64,000 nucleotides of DNA. Source: Anaeromyxobacteraceae bacterium (lineage in GTDB: Bacteria > Myxococcota > Myxococcia > Myxococcales > Anaeromyxobacteraceae). The stretch's first letter is position 1, and each line of letters opens with the position of its first letter. The translations under genes were made by a program, and so were the position numbers. This document shows positions 48,775-58,200 of this stretch, piece after piece. Under the pieces are notes generated by a model. It ran no database searches. It had not been told where the DNA came from and saw only the letters and a program-made list of their open reading frames with translations. The stretch is taken from the NCBI GenBank assembly GCA_047602405.1, contig JASGHJ010000001.1, forward strand, positions 1,760,001 to 1,824,000, read 5' to 3'.

Positions 48775-49958
48775 GCGACGCGCAGCCAGAGCGCGCCGGC
48801 GAGCGCGGCGGCGGCGGGGGCGACCAGCACCGCGCGCCCGAGCGTACCGGCGTCGGCGAGCGCGCCGACCAGCACCGGGGCGGGCGCCTCGCCGCCGAGC
48901 CGCGCGGCGAGGAACGTGAGCGCGGCCACCGGCGCGGCGTCGGCGGGCGCGAGCCCCTCGAGCAGCGCGGCCGCGGCCGGCCGGGCGGCGGCGAAGAGGA
49001 GCGCGAGGCCCCCCACCAGCGCGGGGACATACTCGTGCGGCTTCGGCGAGATGAAGGCGGCCGCGAGGAGCGGCGCCGCGGCGAGCGCGCCGAGGCCGCC
49101 CACCACGAGGTCGGCCGCGGCGACGCCGCGGGCCCTGAGGACGCGGGCGGCGGCCGGGCCCGCGAGCGTGCCCGCGACGCCGGCCATGAGCGCGACCGCG
49201 GCGAGCTGGCCGGCGGCGATGGCGACCGGCACGCCGCGCCCCCGGGCGAAGAAGGCAGGGGCCCAGAACGCGAGGGCCGCGGCCGCGAAGGCGAGGGCGG
49301 TGAACCCGGTCACCATGAGGCGCCAGTCCGGGTCGGCCGCGAGGCGGCGCGCGACGGGGGCGACGCGGTCGGGGCCGAACGGGACGAAGGCGCCGTGGGG
49401 CTGGCAGGGATCGGGCTCGGCGTGCCGCAGCCACGCGATCGCCACCACCACGCCGCCCGCCGCGGCGGCGAAGAACCCGGCGCGCCAGCCCACCGTGGCG
49501 AGCGCGGTCGCGCCGAGCGCGAACCCGAGCGCGGCGCCGACGCCGAGGCGCACCGTGGTCCCGCCGCCGGGCCGGGGCAGGCACGCCGGCGCCAGCGACG
49601 CGCCGGCCGCGAGGCCGATGCCGGTCGCGCCGCGCGCGGCGAGGAGCGACGGGAAGTTCCGGGAGAGCCCGCACAGGAGCGCCCCGAGCGCCGCCAGCGC
49701 GACGCCGCCCGCGACGATCTTCGGGCGCGGAGCCCGGTGGCCGATCGCGAGCAGCGCCGGGCCCGCGAGCGCGAGCAGGAACGCCGAGACCGAGGCCACG
49801 AGGCCGAGCGTGGCGTCGTTCAGCCACAGCTCGAGCCGGAGCGACTCGACCGTCGCCGCGAGCATCGTGCGGTCGACGTGCGGGAGGATCGGCGCGAGGC
49901 CGAGCAGCGCGGCGGCGAGCGCACCGGGGGTGCGCGTGGTCGAGCCGGAGCCGGTCAC
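48744..49958 (-). CDS. MFS transporter (Spinster-like, divergent)
   Basis: HVDRTML, LNDATLG, LLAARGATGIG, GWRAGF; hydrophobic multi-TM pattern. Confidence 0.75.
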   Translation of the reverse strand: MTGSGSTTRTPGALAAALLGLAPILPHVDRTMLAATVESLRLELWLNDATLGLVASVSAFLLALAGPALLAIGHRAPRPKIVAGGVALAALGALLCGLSRNFPSLLAARGATGIGLAAGASLAPACLPRPGGGTTVRLGVGAALGFALGATALATVGWRAGFFAAAAGGVVVAIAWLRHAEPDPCQPHGAFVPFGPDRVAPVARRLAADPDWRLMVTGFTALAFAAAALAFWAPAFFARGRGVPVAIAAGQLAAVALMAGVAGTLAGPAAARVLRARGVAAADLVVGGLGALAAAPLLAAAFISPKPHEYVPALVGGLALLFAAARPAAAALLEGLAPADAAPVAALTFLAARLGGEAPAPVLVGALADAGTLGRAVLVAPAAAALAGALWLRVAYRRRRSASS

Positions 49959-50048
49959 CGGGCCGACACAGTAGTCGGCCCCCCTGCCAGGGTCGAGGAG
50001 CTTCGCGCTACACCGCCGGGCGCCCCTTGGCTTCGGTGCTGTCGCACC

Positions 50049-51329
50049 TCAGAGCGCCAAGGGCAAGCTGCGCGACCGCGGCTTCGCGAAGAGCAGCTGC
50101 ACGTCCCCGTGGTACCGCTCCGCGAAGCCCGCCTCGCAGGAGGCGAGGTAGTAGGAGAAGGTGCGGAGGAACCGCTCGCTCTTCCCCTGCGCCCGCGCCT
50201 CGCTCCAGCGGGCCTCGAGCGCCTCCCGCCACGCGCGGAGCGTGGGCGCGTAGTGCGGGCCGAGCTCCTCGAGGTGGAAGAGCCGCAGGTCGGAGCTCCG
50301 CGAGGCGGCCTGGAGGAGCGCGGTCGTGGACGGGATGCAGGAGCCCGGGAAGACGGAGCGGTTGATGTGGTTCGGCTCGGTCTTCCAGGTCTCGAACCGG
50401 TGGTCGGGGATGGTGATCGCCTGGACGAGCGCGAGGCCGTCCGGGGTGAGGAGCCGCCCGACCTGGCCGAAGTAGGCCTCGTAGTACTCCCAGCCCACCG
50501 CCTCGATCATCTCGATCGACACGAGCCGGTCGTGCTGGCCCGAGAGCTCGCGGTAGTCGGAGAGGAGGAGCGTGATCCGGTCGGACAGCCCGGCCTCGGC
50601 GACGCGGCGGCTCGCGAACTCGTGCTGGCGGCGGGAGAGGGTGGTGGTGGTGACCTTCACGCCGTACTCGCGCGCGGCGTGCATCGCGAGCGCGCCCCAG
50701 CCGGTGCCGATCTCGAGGAGGTGCTGCCCGGGCCTGAGATCGAGCTTCCGGCAGATGCGGTCGATCTTCGCCACCTGGGCCTCGTGGAGCGTCATGTCGG
50801 GGCGCTCGTAGAGCGCGCACGAGTAGGTCATCGTGGGGTCGAGGAAGAGCTCGAAGAACTCGTTCCCGAGGTCGTAGTGCGCGGCGATGTTCTCGCGCGC
50901 GCCGGGGATGGTGTTCTTGCGGACCCGGTGGCGCAGGCGGTGCCAGAGCGCACCGACCTTCGCGAGGCCGGACTCGAAGGCGTCCGCGCCGTCGCCGGCG
51001 CCGAGCACGATGCGGATGGTGGCCGCGACGTCGTCGGCGTCCCACCAGCCGTCGGCGTACGCATCGGCGGCGCCGATCGTGCCGCCGAGCGCGAGCGCGG
51101 CCCACGCGCGCGGATCGCGGATGGTCACCGTCGCCTGGAGCGCGCCCGGCCCGCCGAAGACGTGCTGCCGCCCGCCCTCGGTGAGGTCGTTCACCGTGAG
51201 GCGGCCTTCCTCCAGGTGCGCGAGCCGGGAGAGCACCTGGTCGCGGACGAGGCGCGCGAAGCCGCGGGCGGGGAGGAGGGTGGGCGCGCGCTCGGGGAGC
51301 GCGAGGGTGGCGTTCTCGGCGGGGCTCAT
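50049..51329 (-). CDS. cfa: Cyclopropane-fatty-acyl-phospholipid synthase family SAM methyltransferase
   Basis: NIAAHYDLGNEFF, TMTYSCA, LEIGTGWG, VSIEMIEAVG, YYLASCEAGF. Confidence 0.92.
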   Translation of the reverse strand: MSPAENATLALPERAPTLLPARGFARLVRDQVLSRLAHLEEGRLTVNDLTEGGRQHVFGGPGALQATVTIRDPRAWAALALGGTIGAADAYADGWWDADDVAATIRIVLGAGDGADAFESGLAKVGALWHRLRHRVRKNTIPGARENIAAHYDLGNEFFELFLDPTMTYSCALYERPDMTLHEAQVAKIDRICRKLDLRPGQHLLEIGTGWGALAMHAAREYGVKVTTTTLSRRQHEFASRRVAEAGLSDRITLLLSDYRELSGQHDRLVSIEMIEAVGWEYYEAYFGQVGRLLTPDGLALVQAITIPDHRFETWKTEPNHINRSVFPGSCIPSTTALLQAASRSSDLRLFHLEELGPHYAPTLRAWREALEARWSEARAQGKSERFLRTFSYYLASCEAGFAERYHGDVQLLFAKPRSRSLPLAL

Positions 51330-52135
51330 GAGGTGGCGTCCTTGGGGGCGGGGTGCTCGTGGTACGGCGTGCGCTTCCACCAGAGGAGGAGCGCGTTCCA
51401 GTAGATCGCGGCGATCACCTTCGCGGTCATCGCCGGGAAGCGGAGCAGCACGGACGCGAGCGCGAGGCCGGTCATCGGCCGGCGCTCGAGGGCGAGCGTG
51501 GCGTCGAAGATCGAGCGGCCGCCCTCGAGGTTGTCCATGTGCACGGCGAGCCGGTCGCCCGGCACCGAGAAGCGCCAGTCGTAGGTCTGCGCCATGCCCA
51601 TGAACGGCGAGACGTGGAAGGCCTTCGGGAACTTGAATCTGTACGAACGACCACCGTTCGTCCCGAGCGTAGGGCCCGCAAGAGCGGGCCCCGAGTCGAG
51701 GGACCGGGCATCCAGCACGTAAGGGTGCCGCTCGTTCCAGGGCGTGTTGTTCACCTCGCCGACGATGGCGTCGAGCGCGCCGTCCGCCGCGAAGCAGTAG
51801 TAGAAGCTGACCGGGTTGAAGCCGTAGCCGAAGTAGCGCAGGTGCGTGAGGAGCCGCACCGGCCCGGCCGGGCGCCGCCCGAGCTCCTGCTCCACGAGGT
51901 CCCGCACCGCCTCGTCGAGCGGGCGCGCCGGATCGCCGAGGTGGTCCTCGCGGCGCCAGGCGGCGAGGTTCGGGCGGCCGATGGACCACAGCCACCGCCC
52001 CGCGAACACGCGGTCGAGCTCGCCGAGGTCGAGCATCACCATGAACACGCGGTAGCGGAGCGCGTGCTCCGTCGGCGCGCGGCGACGGTGCTGGACCGTG
52101 CCCTCGTAGAGGCAGGAGGCGAGCCCGGCGCTCAC
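51326..52135 (-). CDS. DUF1365 family protein (contains an in-frame palindromic repeat insertion)
   Basis: GTVQHRR, FNPVSFYYC, EVNNTPWNERH, KAFHVSPFM, IYWNAL.LWWK. Confidence 0.9.
   Translation of the reverse strand: MSAGLASCLYEGTVQHRRRAPTEHALRYRVFMVMLDLGELDRVFAGRWLWSIGRPNLAAWRREDHLGDPARPLDEAVRDLVEQELGRRPAGPVRLLTHLRYFGYGFNPVSFYYCFAADGALDAIVGEVNNTPWNERHPYVLDARSLDSGPALAGPTLGTNGGRSYRFKFPKAFHVSPFMGMAQTYDWRFSVPGDRLAVHMDNLEGGRSIFDATLALERRPMTGLALASVLLRFPAMTAKVIAAIYWNALLLWWKRTPYHEHPAPKDATS
51654..51704 (+). repeat. Palindromic repeat family A, copy 4, inside DUF1365 CDS
   Basis: CCGTTCGTCCCGAGCGTAGGGCCCGC-AAGA-GCGGGCCCCGAGTCGAGGGAC. Confidence 0.85.
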
Positions 52136-53403
52136 GCCGCGAGCCCTTCCTGCGCGGCGCCCGCCGCGGCGCGGCGGATCCGGCGCGCGACCTCGAGGCC
52201 GCTCCTCACGCCGTCCTCGTGGAAGCCGTAGCCCCAGTAGGCGCCGGCGAAGTGCACGCCGTGGGCGCCGTCGATCTCGGCGTGGCGGCGCTGCGCGCGC
52301 ACGCCGGCCGGCGTGTAGATCGGGTGGTGATAGACCATCCGGCGCAGCACCTTCGAAGGGTCGACGCGGTCCTCGAGGTTGAGCGAGACGAGGAGTGGCG
52401 CCGGCGTCGCGAGCCCCTGCAGCCGGTTCATGTCGTAGGTCAGCGTCGCGCCGTCGCGGGGCGTGCCGGTCACGCGGACGTTCCAGCTCGCCCAGGCGCG
52501 GCGGCTCGCCGGCATGAGGCTCGCGTCGGTGTGGAGGAGGGCGACGTTCCGCTGGTACGGGAGCGCCGAGAGCACCTCGCGCTCGGCGGGCGTCGCGTCG
52601 GAGAGGAGCGCGAGCGCCTCGTCGGCGTGCGCGGCGAGCACGACCCGGTCGAAGCGGTCGGCGTGGCCGCCGGCGGCGATCACCTCCACGCCGGCGGGGG
52701 TGCGCCGCACCGTCTGCACCGCCGCGCGCCGCACGCGGTCCTGCATCGGCGCGAGGATCGCGTCGACGTAGCGGCGCGAGCCGCCGCTGACCGTGCGCCA
52801 GGTGACCTGATCGGTCACCTGGAGGAAGCGGTGGTTGTCGAAGAAGCGGCAGAACGTGTGGATCGGGAACGCGTCGAAGCGGCGGACGTCGGCGGACCAG
52901 ACCGCGGTGCCGAGCGGCACGAGGTAGTGCTCGCGGAACGCCGCGCCGAAGCGGTGGCGGCGCAGGAACTCGCCGACGGTCTCGCCGCGGTCCGGCTCCT
53001 CGAGGAGCGCGCGCGCCTCGCGGTTGAACCGCCCGATGTCGCGGAGCATCCCCCAGAACGACGGCCGCAGCAGGTTGCGCCGCTGCGCGAAGACCGTGTC
53101 GAGGTTGGTGGCGCGCCACTCCCGCCCGCTCCGCTCGTCGGTCACCGAGAAGCTCATGTCGCTCGCGCGCGTCTCGACGCGGAGCTCCGCGAGGAGCCGC
53201 ACGAGCTCCGGGTAGGTCTCCTCGTTGTAGACGATGAAGCCGGTGTCGACCGGCACGCGCACGCCGCCGACCTCGACGTCGTGCGTGTGGGTGTGGCCGC
53301 CCACGTGGTCGCCGCCCTCGTAGAGCACGACGTCGTGCTCGCGCCGGAGGTGGTGGGCTGCCACGAGCCCGGAGACGCCGCTGCCGACGATCGCGATCCG
53401 CAT
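52132..53403 (-). CDS. FAD-dependent oxidoreductase (amine-oxidase-like, cfa/DUF1365-associated)
   Basis: IAIVGSGVSG, GGHTHT, VDTGFIVYN, AWASWN, GAYWGYGFHEDG. Confidence 0.92.
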   Translation of the reverse strand: MRIAIVGSGVSGLVAAHHLRREHDVVLYEGGDHVGGHTHTHDVEVGGVRVPVDTGFIVYNEETYPELVRLLAELRVETRASDMSFSVTDERSGREWRATNLDTVFAQRRNLLRPSFWGMLRDIGRFNREARALLEEPDRGETVGEFLRRHRFGAAFREHYLVPLGTAVWSADVRRFDAFPIHTFCRFFDNHRFLQVTDQVTWRTVSGGSRRYVDAILAPMQDRVRRAAVQTVRRTPAGVEVIAAGGHADRFDRVVLAAHADEALALLSDATPAEREVLSALPYQRNVALLHTDASLMPASRRAWASWNVRVTGTPRDGATLTYDMNRLQGLATPAPLLVSLNLEDRVDPSKVLRRMVYHHPIYTPAGVRAQRRHAEIDGAHGVHFAGAYWGYGFHEDGVRSGLEVARRIRRAAAGAAQEGLAA

Positions 53404-53513
53404 GTCTCCTGCCCTTCGAGGCGCGCCGGGCTCCCGGATGCGGGAGGGACCCGAGGGCGCCTGCCCGGCGGACGCCGGGCGCAAACGCGTGGTGAATCCG
53501 AGGGGTCTCTAAG

Positions 53514-53557
53514 GCGCTAGACAATACCTGGACAAGCCCTGGACGGGGCCTGTGCAG
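53514..53557. promoter_or_regulatory. CarH/LitR-like operator: tandem 11-bp direct repeats
   Basis: TAGACA (53518), TGGACA (53529), TGGACG (53540), TGTGCA (53551). Confidence 0.65.
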
Positions 53558-53613
53558 CCGGCCGGCCTCGCTCCTCGCCAAACCCGCGGGTTTCCGCTAG
53601 AAGGCGCCGCGAG

Positions 53614-55212
53614 ATGATCTCGGTTCAGGACGTCACCAAGGCCTACGGGCCGAAGAAGCTCTTCGAGGACGTGAACGTCGCGTTCGCGCCCGGGAACCGG
53701 TACGGCCTCACCGGCCCGAACGGCGCCGGCAAGACCACCTTCATGAAGATCCTCGCCGGCGACGAGGAGCCGGACACGGGGAACGTCTTCCGCCCGAAGA
53801 AGCTCGGCATCCTGCGGCAGGACCACTACCGCTTCGAGGACAACCGGGTCCTCGACGTCGTCCTGATGGGCAACCAGCCGCTCTGGAAGGCGATGCAGGA
53901 GAAGGAGTCGCTCCTCGCGAAGGGCGAGATCACCGACGACGACGGTCACCGCCTCGCCGACCTCGAGAACGTGATCGCGGAGGAGGACGGCTACTCGGCC
54001 GAGTCGGACGCCGCCGAGCTGCTCCAGGGCCTCGGCATCGAGGGCCCCTGGCACGACCAGCCGATGCGCGCGCTCACCGGCGGCTACAAGCTGCGCGTGC
54101 TGCTCGCGCAGGCGCTCTTCGGGAAGCCCCAGGGGCTGCTCCTCGACGAGCCCACGAACCACCTCGACATCGAGTCGATCCGGTGGCTCGAGAAGTTCCT
54201 GCACGCCTACGAGGGCGTGCTCATCACCATCTCGCACGACCGCCACTTCCTGAACGCGATCTGCACGCACATCGCCGACATCGACTACGAGTCGATCATC
54301 ACCTACCCGGGCGGCTACGACGACATGGTCCGGCAGAAGGGCCAGGTGCGGTCGCGCGTCGAGTCGGAGAACGCCGAGAAGGCGAAGAAGATCGAGCAGC
54401 TCCGGGAGTTCGTCGCCCGCTTCCACGCCGGCACGCGCGCCTCGCAGGTGCAGAGCCGCGTCCGCGCGATGCAGAAGCTGAAGCTCGAGGACATGAAGCG
54501 GTCGAACATCGCCGCGCCGTTCATCAAGTTCGAGCAGAAGGCGCCCTCGGGAAAGCAGACCCTCACCATCGAGGACATCTCGAAGAAGTTCGGCGGCAAC
54601 GAGGTCATCCAGCCGTTCAGCGCGCTCGTGACCCGCGGCGAGAAGATCGCCGTCATCGGCAAGAACGGCGTCGGCAAGACCACGCTCGTGAAGATGATCG
54701 CCGGCGAGCTGCAGCCGGACCACGGCCACGTGAAGTGGGGCCACCAGGCCCAGGTCGGCTACCTCCCGCAGGACCAGGCCGGCGTCATCCGCCCCGGCAC
54801 GACCGCCTTCGGCTGGCTGCGCGAGCTCGAGGACAAGCTCTCGAACGAGGAGATCTCCGGCCTGCTCGGCCGCATGCTCTTCTCCGGCGAGGAGCGCATG
54901 AAGCCGACCGCGACGCTCTCCGGCGGCGAGACCGTGCGGCTCCTGATGTCGAAGCTGATGCTCTTCAAGGACAACGTCCTCGTCCTCGACGAGCCCACGA
55001 ACCACCTCGACCTGCAGTCCATCGCCGCGCTCTCCGAGGGCCTGCAGCGCTACGAGGGCACGGTGATCGTGGTGACGCACGACCAGGAGCTCATCCGCGA
55101 GGTCGCCTCGCGGATCTGGGTCATGCACCGCGACGAGCCGATCCTCGACTTCGTCGGCAGCTTCGACGACTTCGTCGCGAAGCACCCGGACCTCGCGACC
55201 GCGCATCAGTGA
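53614..55212 (+). CDS. ABC-F family ATPase (YbiT-like)
   Basis: Two NBDs (GPNGAGKTT, GKNGVGKTT), LDEPTNHLD twice, no TM. Confidence 0.93.
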   Translation: MISVQDVTKAYGPKKLFEDVNVAFAPGNRYGLTGPNGAGKTTFMKILAGDEEPDTGNVFRPKKLGILRQDHYRFEDNRVLDVVLMGNQPLWKAMQEKESLLAKGEITDDDGHRLADLENVIAEEDGYSAESDAAELLQGLGIEGPWHDQPMRALTGGYKLRVLLAQALFGKPQGLLLDEPTNHLDIESIRWLEKFLHAYEGVLITISHDRHFLNAICTHIADIDYESIITYPGGYDDMVRQKGQVRSRVESENAEKAKKIEQLREFVARFHAGTRASQVQSRVRAMQKLKLEDMKRSNIAAPFIKFEQKAPSGKQTLTIEDISKKFGGNEVIQPFSALVTRGEKIAVIGKNGVGKTTLVKMIAGELQPDHGHVKWGHQAQVGYLPQDQAGVIRPGTTAFGWLRELEDKLSNEEISGLLGRMLFSGEERMKPTATLSGGETVRLLMSKLMLFKDNVLVLDEPTNHLDLQSIAALSEGLQRYEGTVIVVTHDQELIREVASRIWVMHRDEPILDFVGSFDDFVAKHPDLATAHQ

Positions 55213-55253
55213 GCGCCGGCCTCCGGCGCGCGGCCGGAGGCCGGAACGCGCTC
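55211..55253. terminator. GC-rich hairpin between convergent genes, probable terminator
   Basis: CCGGCCTCCGGC / GCCGGAGGCCGG perfect 12-bp stem; no U-tract. Confidence 0.5.
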
Positions 55254-58200
55254 ACCAGGTCTCGCTGCCGTGGCACGACGGCGTGCAGCTCCGCGACGTC
55301 GGGTTCCACGACCGGATGCCGGTCCCGGACTGCGTCGTGACGATCGTCTTCACGCCGTCCACGTGCGTCGCGAGGGCGACCCCGTTGCCGGTGGGCGGGG
55401 ATCCCGTGCTCGTGTAGCCCGCGCCGTGGCAGGTCGAGCACGCGACCTTGTGGTTCGAGCGGGTGTGGTTGTTGGGCAGGGAGGCGCCCGTCACCGCGTG
55501 GCATGCGGTGCACGCATTGACCGTCGCGTTCCAGGTCGGCGCCGTCAGCGTCCCGCCGGAGGTGCCGCCGCTGCGGTTGATCACCGCCCCGTGGCACCAG
55601 GTCGACGCGCAGGAGCCCGCGGTGGTGCCGTTCCCGGCGGTGAACGACCCCTTCCGCAAGTTCGCGTTCGCCGCGCCGCCGAAGCCCACGTCCCGGGTCG
55701 CGTTCGGGTGGCTCGTCGTGTAGCTGCCCACGCCCTGGTGGCAGGTCGTGCAGGCGAACGCGTTCGCGTAGCTGCCGCCGGTGAGGTGCTTCTGGTGGGC
55801 GCCGACGCGGACGCTGGAGGAGAGACCCGCCGTGTCGACCGGCGGGGCGGCGTTGAGCGGCGCGGCGGCGGTGGCCGACTGGCCCGCCTTGCCGTGGCAG
55901 GTCGTGCAGGTCATCGCGACGTGGTCGACGATGCCGTTGAGGTGGGTCGCCGCGTTCACCGTCGCGCTCGAGTAGCCGGTGTGGCAGGTGCCGCAGTCGG
56001 TCCGCTGCAGGTGCGGGGCCGGCGGCGGGGCGCCGTGGCAGCTCGTGCAGCCGAGCGCGGTCGTGCTCGTCCAGCTCACCTGGCCGCCGTTCCCGCCGGT
56101 GAACGTGCCGTGGCAGTAGGTGGCGCAGGTGGCCGCGGTGTCGGACGTGCGGGTGTACGTGCCGTTCGACATCCCCGTGAGCTGCACCTCGGCGGGGCCG
56201 CCGTCCATGTGGGCGGCGTCGGTCACGACGTCGCCGCGGGCGGCGTGGCAGGCGGTGCAGCCGATGGCGGTGGTCGTGAGCGTCGTGGTGGCGTGCTTGT
56301 CGTGCGCGCCGACCGACACGTTCGAGCGGAGCGAGAGCCCGGCCGTGTCGACCGGCGGCGAGGCGCGCCCACCCGGGGTGCCGTGGCAGAAGGTGCACTC
56401 GGTCCGCCAGCCGGCGTGGCCGTTCGCGGTGTGACAGGTGGTGCAGTCGGCGAGGTCGGTCCCGTGGCAGGTCTTGCAGGAGGAGAGGCCGTTGGCGTTC
56501 GCGGAGTAGCCGTGCTGCTCCTTCGCGGCCCAGCCTGCGGCGTGGCCGCCGGTCGCGTCGACCTTGCCGTCCATGTGGAGGGCGAGGTTCACGGTCGTGG
56601 CGGTGTAGCCGGTGTGGCAGGTGTCGCAGGAGGACGCCGAGTGGCCGGCGGGCGGGATGGCGTGGCACGAGCCGCAGGTCATCGCGCCGCCCGTCCAGGT
56701 CACCGTCGCGTTCGCGCCGCCGGTGAAGTTGCCGTGGCACCAGGTCGCCGAGCAGCTGGCCGTCGCGCCCGCGGCGCCCGGCGTGTACGTGCCCTTCGCG
56801 AGGTTCGCGTTCGGGGCGCCGGTGAAGCCGACCTCGCGCGTGCCGTTCGCGTGGCCGTTCGCGTAGCCCGCGACGGTCGCGTGGCAGGTGGCGCAGGCGA
56901 GGGCGGCGCCGAAGGTGCCGCCGGTGAGGTGCTTCTGGTGGGCGCCCACGCGCACGCCGGTCGAGGCGCCCGCGGCGTCGACCGGCGGGGCCGCGTTGAG
57001 CGGCGCGGCGGCGGTGGCGGCCTGGCCGGCCTTGCCGTGGCAGGTGCTGCACGCGAGGGTCACGGTGTTGACCGTGCCGTTGACGTGGGTGCTCGCGTTG
57101 ACCGAGGTCGCGGTGTAGCCGGGGTGGCAGGTGCCGCAGTCGGTGCGCTGCACGTGCGGCACCGGCGGCGGGGCGCCGTGGCAGGAGGTGCAGGTCATCG
57201 CGGCCGTGCTCGTCCAGGAGGCGGTGGCGTTCTTCCCGCCGGTGAACGCGCCGTGGCAGTAGGTCGTGCAGGTGCCGTCGGTCGCCGAGACGTGGGTGTA
57301 CGTGCCCGCGCCGAGCCCGGTGAGCGCGACCTCGGCCATGCCGCCGCCGTCCATGTGGCCGGCGTCGGTGATCACGCTCCCGCGGGACGGGTGGCAGACC
57401 CCGCAGCCGATCGCCGGCGACATCGCCGGCGCCGCGTGCTTCGCGTGCGCGCCGACCGAGGTGTTCGTGCGGGCGGAGCGGCCCTGCGTGTCGACCGGCG
57501 GGGAGATCTGCCCGCCCGCCGTGCCGTGGCAGAAGAAGCAGTCGGTCGCCCACGCCGAGGTGACGGCGGCGTGGCACCCGTTGCAGCCCTGGACACCGTT
57601 CGCGCCGGTGAGGGTCGCGCCGTGGCAGGCCTTGCAGCTCGCGAGGCCGTTCGCGTTCGCGTAGTAGCCGTGCTGCTCCTTCGCCGCCCAGCCGGCCGCG
57701 TGGCCGCCGGTCGTGTCGACGTTCCCGTTCATGTGGAGCGCCGCGTTCACGGTGGTCGCGGTGTACCCGGTGTGGCAGGTGCCGCACGCGCCGGTGGCGT
57801 GGCCCGCGGGCGGCGTGCCGTGGCAGGTGCCGCAGATCGCCTGGGAGGTGCCGCCCGTCCAGACCGGCTGCGCCGAGAGGTGGCAGGCGGTGTTCGAGCA
57901 GGTGAGGTTGCCGGTGTTCCACGACGGCGTGCGCCCGCCGGAGGAGGCGGCCGGGCCGAAGGCGACCTGGGGCGTGCCGTCGACGTGCGCGAGGGTCGTT
58001 ACGGCCGCGTGGCACTCGCCGCACGCGACCTGCGGGCCGACGCCTCCGCCGGCGAGGTGCTGCTCGTGGGCGCCCACCGCGCGCTGCGACGCGAGGAGCT
58101 CGCCGCGCGTGCCCTCCGGCGGCGCGGCCTTCCAGGCGACCGTGCGCGAGGGCGTGCCGTGGCAGAAGGTGCAGTCGGTCTGCCAGCCCGAGCCGCCGTG

